Counted from the first letter of the stretch, positions 15,659 to 25,885 are shown. The stretch: DNA of 43,018 bases from a virus (IMGVR_UViG_3300003888_000068:1-43018); one strand, 5' to 3'. Notes: generated by a model not told the origin, from the sequence alone. Numbers and translations are program-made.

Positions 15659-17968
15659 ATGGCAGACCACAATCACCAAATCGGCATTGACATCACGGCG
15701 GACGACGGCAGCTACGTCGCCGCCGCCGGCCGTGCCGAAAAAGAGACGGACAAGCTCACCGAGTCCATGAAGCGGGCGGAGCAGGCCGCCACAGGCGCCT
15801 CCGCCAAAGCCGAGCAACTGGCCAAGAGCCAGCAGGCCGCCGGCGAAGCCGCTGCCCAGGCCGGGACCAAGTTCAAACCTCTCAACGAAGCCATTGAAAT
15901 GCTGCCCGCCGGGGCAGAGCGGGTGGCCAGAATTGCCTCCATCTTGCCGGCGGGTCTGGCGTTGGCAGCTGCTGGTGCTGTGGCGCTTGGCGCTGCCTAT
16001 CTCCAGGCAGACAAGGATGTGGAGCGGTCCGCCCAGGCCATCGTCGTTTCCGGTAATGCGGCGGGGACCAGCCTGCAAGGAATGGCAAACGCCGCCCGTG
16101 CCGCTGCGGAAAACATCGGCTCCACTCAGCTGACGACCTCTGCCGCCATGCAGCAGATCGTTGCATCCGGGCAGGTAGCCGCCCAGTCGCTGCAGATGGT
16201 TGCCGAGGCCACCGTCTCCTGGCAACGGGCAACCGGTGTTGCCGTTTCCCAGACCGTGAAAGAGTTCGAAGAGCTTGGCCGCTCCCCTGTCCAGGCATCC
16301 CTGAAGCTGAACGAGCAGTACAACTACCTGACTTCGGCGGTATTCGCACAGATCAAGGCCCTGGACGAGCAAGGCAAGAGTGAGCAGGCGGCGGAGGCCG
16401 CACAACGGGCCTACGCCGATGCCCTGAGGGAACGGTCTGTGGACATGGAGGCAGACCTTAGCCTCATGACGCGGATGTGGCGTGGGCTTGGCGATGCCGC
16501 CAGGTTCGCCAGCGAGACCATGACCTCCGCCTTCCGGGAAACCACCCGTCTGGAGCGTATCCAGCAGCTGGAGCAGAAGGCCGCGCCAGGCCGCGGGATG
16601 TTCAGCGGGGTGTCGGAGGAAGAGGCCGCCGAGCTGCGCCGCCTGAAGTTTGCCGAAAGCGCTGCGAACGAGCGTGCCAGTTCCGAGGCCGCCGCCAATG
16701 CCCAGGAACAGGCCCGCATCAAATGGTTGCAGGAGGGCGACAAGTACCTCTCCAAGCAGGCCCAGATGGAGCGGGAGGTGGCCAAGGCCAGGGAGGCCGG
16801 TGCCCAGGCCGGACTGAGCCAGACCCAGATCGAAGAGCGTCTGGGGCAGATCCGGGAGAAGTACGCCACCAAGACCCCGAAGGCCCGGGAAAAGTCCGAC
16901 CCCCTGGCCGACGTGCGGGCGGAGGCCCTGGGCCAGGAGGTGGGCCTTTCTGCCTCCACGGTGAAGTCGCTGGAGAAGCTGGACGAGCAGCTGGCCAAGG
17001 GCAAGGTAGGCCTGGCCGAGTATGACCGCCTGCTGGGCGCCATCCTGGACAAGGACCCGGTGCTGAAGCGGGAGCAGGACGAGATCAACAAGGCCACCGA
17101 GGACTACGTGAAGGCGGTGGAGGCCGCCGTGGCTCCGCTGGAGCGGGAAGCGGCCCAACTGGAGCGCAGGGAAGAACTGACCCGCCGCAGCCGCTCCGAG
17201 ATCGAGCTTTCCATCGTCGCCCAGCTGGAAGAGGCCCGGGCCGTCGCCGAGGCAAACGGTGCAAAGGAACAGCAGCTGGCGGTGCTGGACCGGGAGATCG
17301 CCGCCCGCCGCCGCATCGCCGAGTCTTCCGCCGCCATCGATGCGGCCAAGGTGGCGGATGAGGCCAGCAAGAAGGCCCAGCAGGAGGCCGACCGGCTCTC
17401 CGACACCATGAGCCGGTCGGTGGCGGACGGTCTCATGCGCGGCTTCGAGAAGGGGGAGGACTTCTTCGACGTCTTCCTCAACACCCTGAAGAACGCTGCC
17501 GCCACCGCCATCCTGCAGCCCATCATCAAGCCCATCGTTGATCCCATCGCCCAGGGCATGAGCGAGGTGGGCAAGGGCATCGGCAGCTGGATTTCCAACA
17601 TCTTCTCCTCCTGGCATACGGGCGGGGTTCCGGGGCTGGATGCACCCGCTTTCACCCATGCCCTGCCGTCCGGCCTCTTCGCCGGCGCCCCCCGCTACCA
17701 CTCCGGCGCCATCGCCGGCGACGAAGTGGCCACCGTGCTGCAGCGGGGAGAGGGCGTGTTCACCGAGGGCCAGATGAAGAAGCTGGCGCCGGCAGACCAG
17801 CGCCCGAACGTGAAGATCCAGTTCGACAACCAGGGAACTGCCAAGGAAGAGCGTGCCCCCCAGCAGATGGCCTTCGACGGGGAAAGCTGGGTCATCAAGG
17901 TTTTCCTCAAGGATATGTCCCGTAACGGGCCCATGCGGCAGGCCCTTGCCAGCATGCAGGGGAGCTGA
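15659..17968 (+). CDS. Tail tape measure protein
   Basis: 769 aa, Ala/Glu-rich and helical; lambda-H-like LNEQYNYLT segment; C-terminal RYHSG...EVATVLQRGEGV. Confidence 0.9.
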   Translation: MADHNHQIGIDITADDGSYVAAAGRAEKETDKLTESMKRAEQAATGASAKAEQLAKSQQAAGEAAAQAGTKFKPLNEAIEMLPAGAERVARIASILPAGLALAAAGAVALGAAYLQADKDVERSAQAIVVSGNAAGTSLQGMANAARAAAENIGSTQLTTSAAMQQIVASGQVAAQSLQMVAEATVSWQRATGVAVSQTVKEFEELGRSPVQASLKLNEQYNYLTSAVFAQIKALDEQGKSEQAAEAAQRAYADALRERSVDMEADLSLMTRMWRGLGDAARFASETMTSAFRETTRLERIQQLEQKAAPGRGMFSGVSEEEAAELRRLKFAESAANERASSEAAANAQEQARIKWLQEGDKYLSKQAQMEREVAKAREAGAQAGLSQTQIEERLGQIREKYATKTPKAREKSDPLADVRAEALGQEVGLSASTVKSLEKLDEQLAKGKVGLAEYDRLLGAILDKDPVLKREQDEINKATEDYVKAVEAAVAPLEREAAQLERREELTRRSRSEIELSIVAQLEEARAVAEANGAKEQQLAVLDREIAARRRIAESSAAIDAAKVADEASKKAQQEADRLSDTMSRSVADGLMRGFEKGEDFFDVFLNTLKNAAATAILQPIIKPIVDPIAQGMSEVGKGIGSWISNIFSSWHTGGVPGLDAPAFTHALPSGLFAGAPRYHSGAIAGDEVATVLQRGEGVFTEGQMKKLAPADQRPNVKIQFDNQGTAKEERAPQQMAFDGESWVIKVFLKDMSRNGPMRQALASMQGS

Positions 17969-17970
17969 CG

Positions 17971-18324
17971 GTGCAGACGTTTCCCGCCTATGCCGTGCTG
18001 CTGTTCGAAGGGTTCGCCGAGAACCCTGCGCCGCTGGTCAGCCGCACGGAAATGGAGTCCGGCCCGCCAAAGCAGGCAAAAAGCGCCAGCCGCGGCATGT
18101 CGGAACGGCCCGTGCTGTACGCCCTGGAGAACCCGGCCCAGCTCCAGTCCTTCAAGGAGTGGTTCAAGTCCATCGGCAGCGGCGCGGACTGGTTTCTCTG
18201 GAATGACCCGGTGGATGGGGTGCAGAAGCCTGCCCGCATCGTCGGGGGCCAGATTGCGTACAAGCCCCGGGTGTCCACGCTGCAGAGCTGGCGGGCCTCA
18301 TTCACGCTGGAGACCTGGGAATGA
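17971..18324 (+). CDS. Distal/minor tail protein
   Basis: RTEMESGPPKQ and GADWFLW motifs; follows the tape measure gene. Confidence 0.7.
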   Translation: MQTFPAYAVLLFEGFAENPAPLVSRTEMESGPPKQAKSASRGMSERPVLYALENPAQLQSFKEWFKSIGSGADWFLWNDPVDGVQKPARIVGGQIAYKPRVSTLQSWRASFTLETWE

Positions 18325-18974
18325 GCAAGCAGCTCAGTGAGCGCGCCCGTCGCTCCCTCAATGCCACCAGCGCCAGCGAACAGCCGGTGCTGCGGTTGGA
18401 GATCATCCACCCCTACATGGTGGAGCCGGCCCGGGTGGTGGAGGACAGCCAGGACTTTCCCTACGGCGTGGACTACCTGTGGCTGCCCGGCCACCTGGCG
18501 GCGGCGGGGGATATCGCCATCCCTAGCGGATACACCGGCCGCTGGTATCGCTGCACGGTGGGCGGCATTACCGCCGCCGATGAGCCGGCCTGGCCGGCGG
18601 ATGGCGAGACCGTAGCCGACGGCGCTGCCGTCTGGGAGGTGGGCGGCCCCCAGTTCCGGGCCTGCGCCTTCCGCTACACCCTGCCGGACGACCAGCAGGG
18701 CCAGCTGCCCCAGGCGGAGCTGTCCATCGATAACGTGGGCCGGGAGCTGATGGAATTCATCGAGGGATCAAACGGCGGCGTCGGCGCCGAGTGCCGCATG
18801 ATGCTGGGGCTGCGCTCCACGCCGGACGTGATCGAGTGGGAGATCACGGTGGATATGAAGAACCTCAAGGCGACCTACGCCGAGGTTTCCGCCACCCTGG
18901 GCTTCGAAAACATGCTGGACCTGCCGGCCGTGGCCATCTCCCACCGGCCCGACACCTCTCCGGGGTTGTTCTGA
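18321..18974 (+). CDS. Minor tail protein (DUF1833/gpL-position) with inserted Trp-rich module
   Basis: LEIIHP, FRYTLPDD and LSIDNVGREL motifs. Confidence 0.75.
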   Translation: MSKQLSERARRSLNATSASEQPVLRLEIIHPYMVEPARVVEDSQDFPYGVDYLWLPGHLAAAGDIAIPSGYTGRWYRCTVGGITAADEPAWPADGETVADGAAVWEVGGPQFRACAFRYTLPDDQQGQLPQAELSIDNVGRELMEFIEGSNGGVGAECRMMLGLRSTPDVIEWEITVDMKNLKATYAEVSATLGFENMLDLPAVAISHRPDTSPGLF

Positions 18975-19363
18975 TGAGCAGCCATTGGTCAGACCGGTAC
19001 ATCGGCCAGCCCTATGTGGCCGACGAGATGGACTGCGCCGCCTGGGTGGAGCGCATCCTGCGCGAGGAACTGGGCCGCACCATCAGCCTGCCCACGGACC
19101 GGGCCGCCGGTCACCGGGGCAAGAGCCGCCAGATCGAGGACAACCTGCTGGATTTCGGTGAGCCCACCAGTGCTCCGGCGGAAGGCGACGCGGTGGTGAT
19201 GATCAGCCGCGGCCAACTGCGCCACCTCGGGCTCTATCTGAACATCAGCGGGCAGGGCTGGGTCCTGCATGCCATGGAAAACGCCGGCCAGGTGGTGCGC
19301 CATCGCCTGCGGGACCTGCAGCACAACGGTCTGGCCATCGAGGGCTTCTACAAATGGAAGTGA
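18974..19363 (+). CDS. NlpC/P60 tail tip protein (gpK-like)
   Basis: YIGQPY...DCAAWV...HLGLY...VLHA catalytic Cys/His pattern. Confidence 0.85.
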   Translation: MSSHWSDRYIGQPYVADEMDCAAWVERILREELGRTISLPTDRAAGHRGKSRQIEDNLLDFGEPTSAPAEGDAVVMISRGQLRHLGLYLNISGQGWVLHAMENAGQVVRHRLRDLQHNGLAIEGFYKWK

Positions 19364-22300
19364 TCGATCGCCCGCCCGTTGCCGTGGCGCCCGCCAATAC
19401 CCTGGTCTGGTCGCCCCATCCCATCCTGGCCCAGAAGGACCGCCGGGAGTACCGGGCCGAGTTTTTCCCCGGGGAGAGCATTGCCGAGTACCTGGAGCGC
19501 CAGGGCATCCGCTTCGGAGCCCAGCCGGTGGAGCTGCGCCTGGAAGGCGCCCGGGTACCGCGCCACATGTGGAAGCACGTGCGCCCCCGCCACGGCCAGA
19601 TGATCACCATCCGGGCCGTGGTGCATGGCGGCGGTGGCGGTTCCAACCCGGTCAAGACCATCCTGACCATTGCCCTCATGGTTGCCGCTCCAGGTATTGG
19701 CGATGCTCTGGCGCTAGGAATCATGGGTGGGTCGTCGGCCGTGATGGGCATGGGGGTGACGGCTTGGAGTTCGATAATGACTGGCGTGGTGTCGTTTGGC
19801 GGCTCCATGCTGATCAACTCCATGTTCCCGGCCCAGAAGGCCAACCTCTCCGCCGCCAGTAGGACGGCCAGCAGCAACACCAGCGCCACCTATGCCATAA
19901 CAGGCGGCAGCAACCGGGCCCGGGCCTACGAACCCATGCTCCTGGTGCTTGGCACCCACCGGGTGGTGGCCGACTACGGCGCAAAAACCTACACCGAGTA
20001 CAGCGGGGCCGACCAGTACCTGTACCAGGTCTTCCACTTTGGCCTGTCCGATGTGCAGCTCTCCGACTTCAAGATCGGTGACACGCCCATCGAGAACTAC
20101 AGCAACGTGGAAATCCAGGTCTCCGGCAGCGACGGCAAGCTTGACCTGTTCCCGGGCAATGTGGATTCCATCACCGGCGGCGCCATCACCAAGAAGGATG
20201 GGGCCCTGGTGCGAACCTCCAGCATCGATGCCGTGGGTCTTGCGGTGGATATCACCGGCAGTCTCTACAAGGTCAGCGACTCCGGCGAGCTGGAAAAGAA
20301 CACCTGCACCATCCAGATCGAGTACCGGGCGGTGGGGGATGAGGACTGGACTCCGTTCGTCATGGGGACGGCGACGGCCTACTACACCCACTACTGGTCC
20401 GCCGGCCATTACGAAACCTACAGCGACGAATTCGGCGACCACACCAAGTGGATCCAGGTCACCTACGGCTCGGTGCGGGCCGGCGATCATACCCCCGGTG
20501 AATTCCACTCCAACGTTCCCGGCGAATGGTGGGCCGTCCCGCTGAAGAACACCTGGCGCTGGCGCCCTTTCTCCGAGGTCTCCTCCGCCCTGGGCAACGA
20601 CCCGCACCCGAACCCGGCCTATCAGATCCAGGTGCCCCAGGTCACCATCAGCAACAGCACCTCCAGCCCGGTGCGGAAGAGCTACAAGATTTCCGTGCCC
20701 AAGGGGCAGTACGAGGTGCGGGTAACCCGCATTTCCTTTGACTCCACCGACGACAAGCTGGCCAGCAACCTCAACTGGTCGGTGTTGCGGACCTACCAGC
20801 CCGATGAAGCCGACTACAGCGGCCAGACCCGGGTGGCGGTGAAGATCAAGGCCAGCGGGCAGCTGAACGGCCAGATCGAGGAACTGAGCGCCCTGGCCAC
20901 GGCCCGCATTCCGGTCCTGCGCAACGGCTCCTGGGTGACCGAGGCCAGCAGCAATCCGGCCTGGAACTTTCTCTGGTTCGCCCGGGGCAAGCGGATCGGC
21001 GGGCGCCGCCACTATGGCGCCTGCCTGTCCGAAAGCCGGATCAACCTGGAAGCCATCGTGGATTGGGCGGCCTGGTGCGATGCCAAGGGTCTTTCCTTCA
21101 ATGCGGTGCTGGATAGCACCATCAGCTGCGCCGAAGCCCTCAACCGTATCGCCCGCATGGGCCGCGGCAGCGCCTCCTGGGCCACCGGCAAGCTGGGGGC
21201 CATCTGGGATGCCGGCGGCCAGCCCCACATGGCCACCTTCGGCATGGCCAACATCAAGCGCAACAGCTTCTCCGTGGAATACGCCACCGAGAAGCTGGCC
21301 GATGAGATCGTCGTCACCTTCATCAACCAGGAGAACGACTGGCAGCAGGAGCAGGTTAGGGCCCTGGTGCCCGGGGTCACCGACCCCCAGAGCAGCGCCA
21401 CCCTGGAGCTGTTCGGCTGCACCGACAAGGGCCTGGCCGGGCGTGAGGCCTGCCTGCAGGCCGCCAGCCATCTCTACCTGCGCCGGCGCATCACCTGGGA
21501 GACGGATATCGAGGGCCTGGTGGTGGACCGTGGCGACGTGGTGCTGCTTTCCCACGACCTGACCCAGTGGGGCGTCAGCGGCCGGGCGGTGGGCGGTGAC
21601 GGCAACACCCTGATCCTGGACCGGGCGGTGGACTTCGGCACCGCCGCCATGCACTGGGTGGGCATCACCTTCCCCAACGGCTATTTCGACGTACTGCGGG
21701 TGCAGACCGGGGAAGGGGAGACCGACACCCTGACCCTCCTGGACCCCTGGCCGGAAGAAGACGACCAGGGCATGCCCCTGTACGCCCCAGGCCTTGACCC
21801 CGATCACCCGCCCTGCGACTACAAGTGGGTTTTCGACGTCAAGGAAACCCCGGGCAAGCGGGTCAAGATCGTCGGTGTGCAGCCCCTGCGGGACAAGCTG
21901 GTGCGCATCGTGGCCCAGGATGAGGACGACCGCTACTACCAGGCCGAGTTCGGCAGCTACCAGTACCTGGGGGCCGAGCAGGCCGCCAGCCGGGCGCCGT
22001 TGCTGCAGCAGCTGGAAGTGACAGAGGAGCTGCTGCGGGTGGGTTCCGGCTTCGGCGTGCAGCTGACGCTGACCTGGGATGTGGTCGGCCCCTACGACCA
22101 TGCCATGGTGCGTATCGGCGTCAATGGCGACGATCCGGTGGATGTGGGGCGTCCCTATGGCCGTCGCTTCACCTGGCAGGCGCCGGATTCCGGCGAGCTG
22201 CAGATCGAGGTGACGGCCATTTCGGCCCGGGGGGCCTGGAGCGAGGGCAGCCGCATCGTGCGGACCCACACCATCATCGGCAAGGCGGCGCCGCCGGCGG

Positions 22301-23325
22301 ACGTCGGCAGCTTCTTCATCTCCGGCCGCACCCTCTCGTGGCCTTCCGTGCCGGATGTGGATCTGGCCGGCTATCGCATCCGCTGGGCCACCGGTACCGA
22401 TCTCAACTGGGAGACAGCCCAGGCCCTGCACGAAGGCCTGCTGACGGCCAGCCCCTTCTCTCCGACCGTTATGCCGGCCGGGCCGGTGACCATCATGGTC
22501 AAGGCGGTGGATACCTCCGGCAATGAGAGCCTGGCGCCGGCTTACATCATCACGGACCTGGGAGACCCCGCCATCTCCAACGTGGTGGAAACCGTCGATT
22601 TCCATGAATCAAGTTGGGCTGGTGAGGTAGTTGGCGGCGAGGTTGAGGCCGGCACCGGCGACCTGGTGGCCGACCCGGTGGATAGCGCCTGGCCGGCAGA
22701 CGGGCGCCTGCCCGCCTGGCCGGCAGACGGCGACACCCCGGCCTGGCCGGAAGAGTCCTATGCCGAGTTGCAATGGCTGTCGCCCTGGATCACCTGGCCC
22801 GACATGCCAGCCGACACCCTGCTGATCCTGCAGAGCCAGTCCTCCGCCGGCATCAAGCTGGAGTACCGGCTGGATGCCACCGGCCCTGCCTGGCCCGCCG
22901 ATACCACCCTGCCGGCCTGGCCGGAAGACGGGGATGCCTCGGCCTGGCCGGCCCCGGGGGAATGGCAGTCCTTCCCCGGCAGCGGCATGGCGGTACCGGA
23001 GGTATCCATCCAGCTGCGCCTGACCCTGCCGGGCGGCACCGTGCGGGGGAGGGTGTCTTTGCTGCAGCTGATCGCCGATGCCCCGGACCTGCGGGCGGAG
23101 GTGAACGACGTGGCCCTGGCGGCCGGCGGCTCCCGCATCCCGGTACCGACCGGGTGGCGGGCAGTGAAGGGGGTGCATGCCACCCTGCAGAGCGACGGTG
23201 GCGGCGCCATGTCCGTGCGCATCCTGGACAAGAGCGACGTTTCCCTGGGGGCTCTGGTGGCCGCCTACGACAAAAACGAAATCAGCGTCGGCGCCGTGGC
23301 CGACATCCAGCTTTCCGGCTATTGA
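19354..23325 (+). CDS. Tail tip/host specificity protein (gpJ-like) with gpI-like N-terminus
   Basis: 1323 aa; GGGGSNPV, KGQYEVRVTR and SSNPAW motifs; FN3-like GKAAPPADV. Confidence 0.88.
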   Translation: MEVIDRPPVAVAPANTLVWSPHPILAQKDRREYRAEFFPGESIAEYLERQGIRFGAQPVELRLEGARVPRHMWKHVRPRHGQMITIRAVVHGGGGGSNPVKTILTIALMVAAPGIGDALALGIMGGSSAVMGMGVTAWSSIMTGVVSFGGSMLINSMFPAQKANLSAASRTASSNTSATYAITGGSNRARAYEPMLLVLGTHRVVADYGAKTYTEYSGADQYLYQVFHFGLSDVQLSDFKIGDTPIENYSNVEIQVSGSDGKLDLFPGNVDSITGGAITKKDGALVRTSSIDAVGLAVDITGSLYKVSDSGELEKNTCTIQIEYRAVGDEDWTPFVMGTATAYYTHYWSAGHYETYSDEFGDHTKWIQVTYGSVRAGDHTPGEFHSNVPGEWWAVPLKNTWRWRPFSEVSSALGNDPHPNPAYQIQVPQVTISNSTSSPVRKSYKISVPKGQYEVRVTRISFDSTDDKLASNLNWSVLRTYQPDEADYSGQTRVAVKIKASGQLNGQIEELSALATARIPVLRNGSWVTEASSNPAWNFLWFARGKRIGGRRHYGACLSESRINLEAIVDWAAWCDAKGLSFNAVLDSTISCAEALNRIARMGRGSASWATGKLGAIWDAGGQPHMATFGMANIKRNSFSVEYATEKLADEIVVTFINQENDWQQEQVRALVPGVTDPQSSATLELFGCTDKGLAGREACLQAASHLYLRRRITWETDIEGLVVDRGDVVLLSHDLTQWGVSGRAVGGDGNTLILDRAVDFGTAAMHWVGITFPNGYFDVLRVQTGEGETDTLTLLDPWPEEDDQGMPLYAPGLDPDHPPCDYKWVFDVKETPGKRVKIVGVQPLRDKLVRIVAQDEDDRYYQAEFGSYQYLGAEQAASRAPLLQQLEVTEELLRVGSGFGVQLTLTWDVVGPYDHAMVRIGVNGDDPVDVGRPYGRRFTWQAPDSGELQIEVTAISARGAWSEGSRIVRTHTIIGKAAPPADVGSFFISGRTLSWPSVPDVDLAGYRIRWATGTDLNWETAQALHEGLLTASPFSPTVMPAGPVTIMVKAVDTSGNESLAPAYIITDLGDPAISNVVETVDFHESSWAGEVVGGEVEAGTGDLVADPVDSAWPADGRLPAWPADGDTPAWPEESYAELQWLSPWITWPDMPADTLLILQSQSSAGIKLEYRLDATGPAWPADTTLPAWPEDGDASAWPAPGEWQSFPGSGMAVPEVSIQLRLTLPGGTVRGRVSLLQLIADAPDLRAEVNDVALAAGGSRIPVPTGWRAVKGVHATLQSDGGGAMSVRILDKSDVSLGALVAAYDKNEISVGAVADIQLSGY

Positions 23326-23337
23326 AAGGATCGAGAC

Positions 23338-24195
23338 ATGCCTGCTTTTCCTCCCAGAACCGACCTGGTGGACACCTACCCGGCCCCCAATGTGGCGAAG
23401 CTGAAGGCCGGCCTTGGCTCCCTGTGGGATGCCGTTACCGGCCTGCTCGGGACCACCGGCACCAAGGCCGCCGCCCGGGCAACCCTGGGCGTCGAGGCGG
23501 CCGAAGTGGATGTGGCCAGCGCCGCCACCTGCGATATCGGCGCCGCCGAGAGCATGAACGTGCGCATCACCGGCACTGCCGGCATCAGCAGCTTCGGCAC
23601 GGCCGCGGCCGGGGTGCGGCGTTGGGTCAGATTTGGCGGGGTGCTGACTATCACCAATGGCGCATCCCTGGCCATCCAAGGGGGGAGCAACATCACGACG
23701 GCCGCCGGAGACAGCGGCGAGGCGGTATCCCTTGGCGGGGGCTCCTGGACCTATAGCCACTACCCGGCCGCGGGTGCCGCCGGTGCCGCGCCGGCCGGCA
23801 GCATTATGTTCTTCGCCGCCTCATCGGCGCCTGCGGGCTACCTGAAAGCGAATGGTGCCGCCGTCTCGCGGGTCACCTATGCCGCTCTTTTTGCCGTAAT
23901 CGGGACCACCTACGGCACGGGAGATGGCTCTACCACCTTCAACCTTCCGGACCTTCGTGGCGAGTTCGTCCGGGGCTTGGACGATGGGCGTGGCATCGAT
24001 TCCGGTCGGACCATCGGCAGCCATCAGGACGATGCACTGAAGGCCCACACCCACGACGTTGCCAGTTCCGCCGGTGGTTCCAGCGGGACATTCGGCAAGC
24101 TGGCCGGCGCCACCAATGCCGCTGTCTCTGGCAGCACCGGCGGTACCGAAACCCGCCCCCGTAACGTGGCCCTGCTGGTCTGTATCAAATACTGA
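23338..24195 (+). CDS. Tail fiber protein with tail collar domain
   Basis: PAGYLKANGAAVSRVTYAALF, TFNLPDLRGEFVRG and ETRPRNVA motifs. Confidence 0.9.
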   Translation: MPAFPPRTDLVDTYPAPNVAKLKAGLGSLWDAVTGLLGTTGTKAAARATLGVEAAEVDVASAATCDIGAAESMNVRITGTAGISSFGTAAAGVRRWVRFGGVLTITNGASLAIQGGSNITTAAGDSGEAVSLGGGSWTYSHYPAAGAAGAAPAGSIMFFAASSAPAGYLKANGAAVSRVTYAALFAVIGTTYGTGDGSTTFNLPDLRGEFVRGLDDGRGIDSGRTIGSHQDDALKAHTHDVASSAGGSSGTFGKLAGATNAAVSGSTGGTETRPRNVALLVCIKY

Positions 24196-24208
24196 GAAGG
24201 GAGTGCCT

Positions 24209-24649
24209 ATGGAAGCAGTGGTTGAGAATCAAGGGGCCGTCGGCAAGCTGGTATCCCAGCTCGACGCAGACGGCTATTTCGTCGAGGCCGTGATGGCCGA
24301 CCCGAGCCCGCTGGAAGAAGGCGTGTTTCTGATTCCCCGTGGCTGTATTGAGCAGGATCCTCCGACGGAGATTCTGGCCGGCAAGCGCTATCGGCCGGAA
24401 GCCGGAGGCTGGGTGGAGGAGGACGTCCCGCAACCTGAAGCGCCGGAAGTTCCGGATAGCGGGGAGGCTACAGCAGCAATCATCCAGGCGCGCCTGGCGG
24501 AAATTGACCGGGAAAGCATTGCTTTGCTGCGCCAGGCGGTGCTTCTTCTGGCCTCCGGAAATTCTCTCCCCGGTACGCCACAAGCCAACGCATTGGCCGA
24601 ATTGGAGGTGGAGTTTTCGCGAAAACGACAGGAGCTGGACGGGGTTTAA
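24209..24649 (+). CDS. Tail fiber assembly-like protein
   Basis: QLDADGYF...SPLEEGVFLIP motif; follows the fiber gene. Confidence 0.65.
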   Translation: MEAVVENQGAVGKLVSQLDADGYFVEAVMADPSPLEEGVFLIPRGCIEQDPPTEILAGKRYRPEAGGWVEEDVPQPEAPEVPDSGEATAAIIQARLAEIDRESIALLRQAVLLLASGNSLPGTPQANALAELEVEFSRKRQELDGV

Positions 24650-24680
24650 CGACAACCACCAGGCGCCTGACGCATGGGAA

Positions 24681-24710
24681 AGAGGCCGGGGAAACCCGGC
24701 CTCTGCTTTT
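24681..24710 (+). terminator. Terminator ending the late tail operon
   Basis: AGAGGCCGGG-gaaa-CCCGGCCTCT-gcTTTT, between convergent genes. Confidence 0.8.
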
Positions 24711-24723
24711 GTTACATTGGCGA

Positions 24724-25083
24724 TCAAGAATTTTTTTCAAAACTTGTCTGACATTTTGTCCTGCCAGAAACCCAGCCGATAACCAAATCAGAAGCCATCA
24801 TTTTTAAACTAGGCGAAACATCCGGTCCACCGTGAGCAACTAGCATAGCAATCCCGATTGGAGATAGACCGAATCCGGCATCATCGTCAGTTCTGCCTAG
24901 TGCATCAGATATCCATGGCTCCGCTTTAAGAATGTCCTCACATCGTTTCTGCGACCAGCCTTCTCCTAGCCATTTGGCTACAGATGTGAGGAGAACATAC
25001 GGGATTCTTATTCCGCCAGTTTCCTTGCGGAACACCTCTTCAAACGTATAACCGCCAATCGTAGATTTCTTTGTAATAGACAT
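24724..25083 (-). CDS. AT-richer hypothetical protein (lysogenic cargo)
   Basis: Open frame MSITKKSTIGG... in a compositionally distinct segment. Confidence 0.6.
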   Translation of the reverse strand: MSITKKSTIGGYTFEEVFRKETGGIRIPYVLLTSVAKWLGEGWSQKRCEDILKAEPWISDALGRTDDDAGFGLSPIGIAMLVAHGGPDVSPSLKMMASDLVIGWVSGRTKCQTSFEKNS

Positions 25084-25096
25084 GATTGAAACTGCA

Positions 25097-25417
25097 CTAC
25101 GGCCTAATCCCATATTTCTCCTGGAATTGACGCTCCATCATTTCACATGAAGATGCGATGAAGCGCTGACTTCCAGGGTCTAGAGACTTTTTCTGTTGTT
25201 CATCCCAACACAGCTCGATTGCCCGGCGGTCAATAGATCGCTCTTTTCCATCAGCGCTCGCACCGACGATAGCTCCAAGCACTAGAAACCCGGCAACCAG
25301 GCCAAGTGGTATCCAAAACCACAACTTTGCCTTTTTTACCTTCGCCCCACATTTCGGGCATGCACTCGCGGTGGAGCTGACCTCATTCCCACACTCTTTA
25401 CAATCGACAAGTGCCAT
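25097..25417 (-). CDS. Zinc-ribbon membrane protein
   Basis: MALVDCKECG...ACPKCG followed by one TM helix and a C-terminal Cys pair; GGAG SD. Confidence 0.8.
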   Translation of the reverse strand: MALVDCKECGNEVSSTASACPKCGAKVKKAKLWFWIPLGLVAGFLVLGAIVGASADGKERSIDRRAIELCWDEQQKKSLDPGSQRFIASSCEMMERQFQEKYGIRP

Positions 25418-25476
25418 TTGATTCTCCAGGGATATGTTCCAGTCACTTCGGTAGAAGCCAAAGAAACTGTACTTCT

Positions 25477-25779
25477 CTACCGAATCAGAGTCAGCAGCGC
25501 CAGCTGTTTATCCGGGGTAAGCCGACGGAAGGCTGCCACCAGCTGAAGCTCGTAATCGTTTTCTGGAAGGAAGTACGAGGCCTGCGGTTGGGACACGGCT
25601 TGAATCACCGTGGCGTCACCAGGCTCTACTGGAACAGCCTGGGAAACAAGGCTACAGGCCAGCCGTTCAAGAATCTCCGAATTGAGGCTTCTGCGAGAGG
25701 CCTTTGCAGCAACTTCCAGCTTATCCCGCAGCTCCGCAGGCATGCGCAGTCCGAAAGGCGCGATGTTTCGCATTCCCAT
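25477..25779 (-). CDS. Arc/Mnt-like ribbon-helix-helix repressor (likely immunity repressor)
   Basis: PFGLRMPAELRDKLEVAAKASRRSLNSEILERL, plus a C-terminal helical LVAAFRRLTPDKQ. Confidence 0.85.
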   Translation of the reverse strand: MGMRNIAPFGLRMPAELRDKLEVAAKASRRSLNSEILERLACSLVSQAVPVEPGDATVIQAVSQPQASYFLPENDYELQLVAAFRRLTPDKQLALLTLIR

Positions 25780-25810
25780 GGAATTACGCCTCTTTAAAGA
25801 TAGTTGCAAA

Positions 25811-25882
25811 GTGTAACCATCCCCTGTTGACCTATATAGCTTCACGGTGTATGGTTACACGGTGTAACTACACGGTGTAACC
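25811..25882. promoter_or_regulatory. Divergent switch region: rightward promoter TTGACC-N17-TATGGT and operator repeats
   Basis: -35 at 25827-25832 and -10 at 25850-25855. CACGGTGTA at 25843, 25858 and 25871; palindrome GTTACAC-G-GTGTAAC at 25854-25868. Confidence 0.75.
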
Positions 25883-25885
25883 AAA

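Noticed and set aside
23338-24649. Diversity-generating retroelement or invertible tail-fiber cassette
   Set aside because: No reverse transcriptase, no template/variable repeat pair and no inverted second fiber gene seen.
25843-25882. Short repeats (and those at 39715-40082) as a CRISPR array
   Set aside because: The repeats are 9-11 bp without unique spacers of about 30 bp, and there are no cas genes; operator and iteron explanations fit better.
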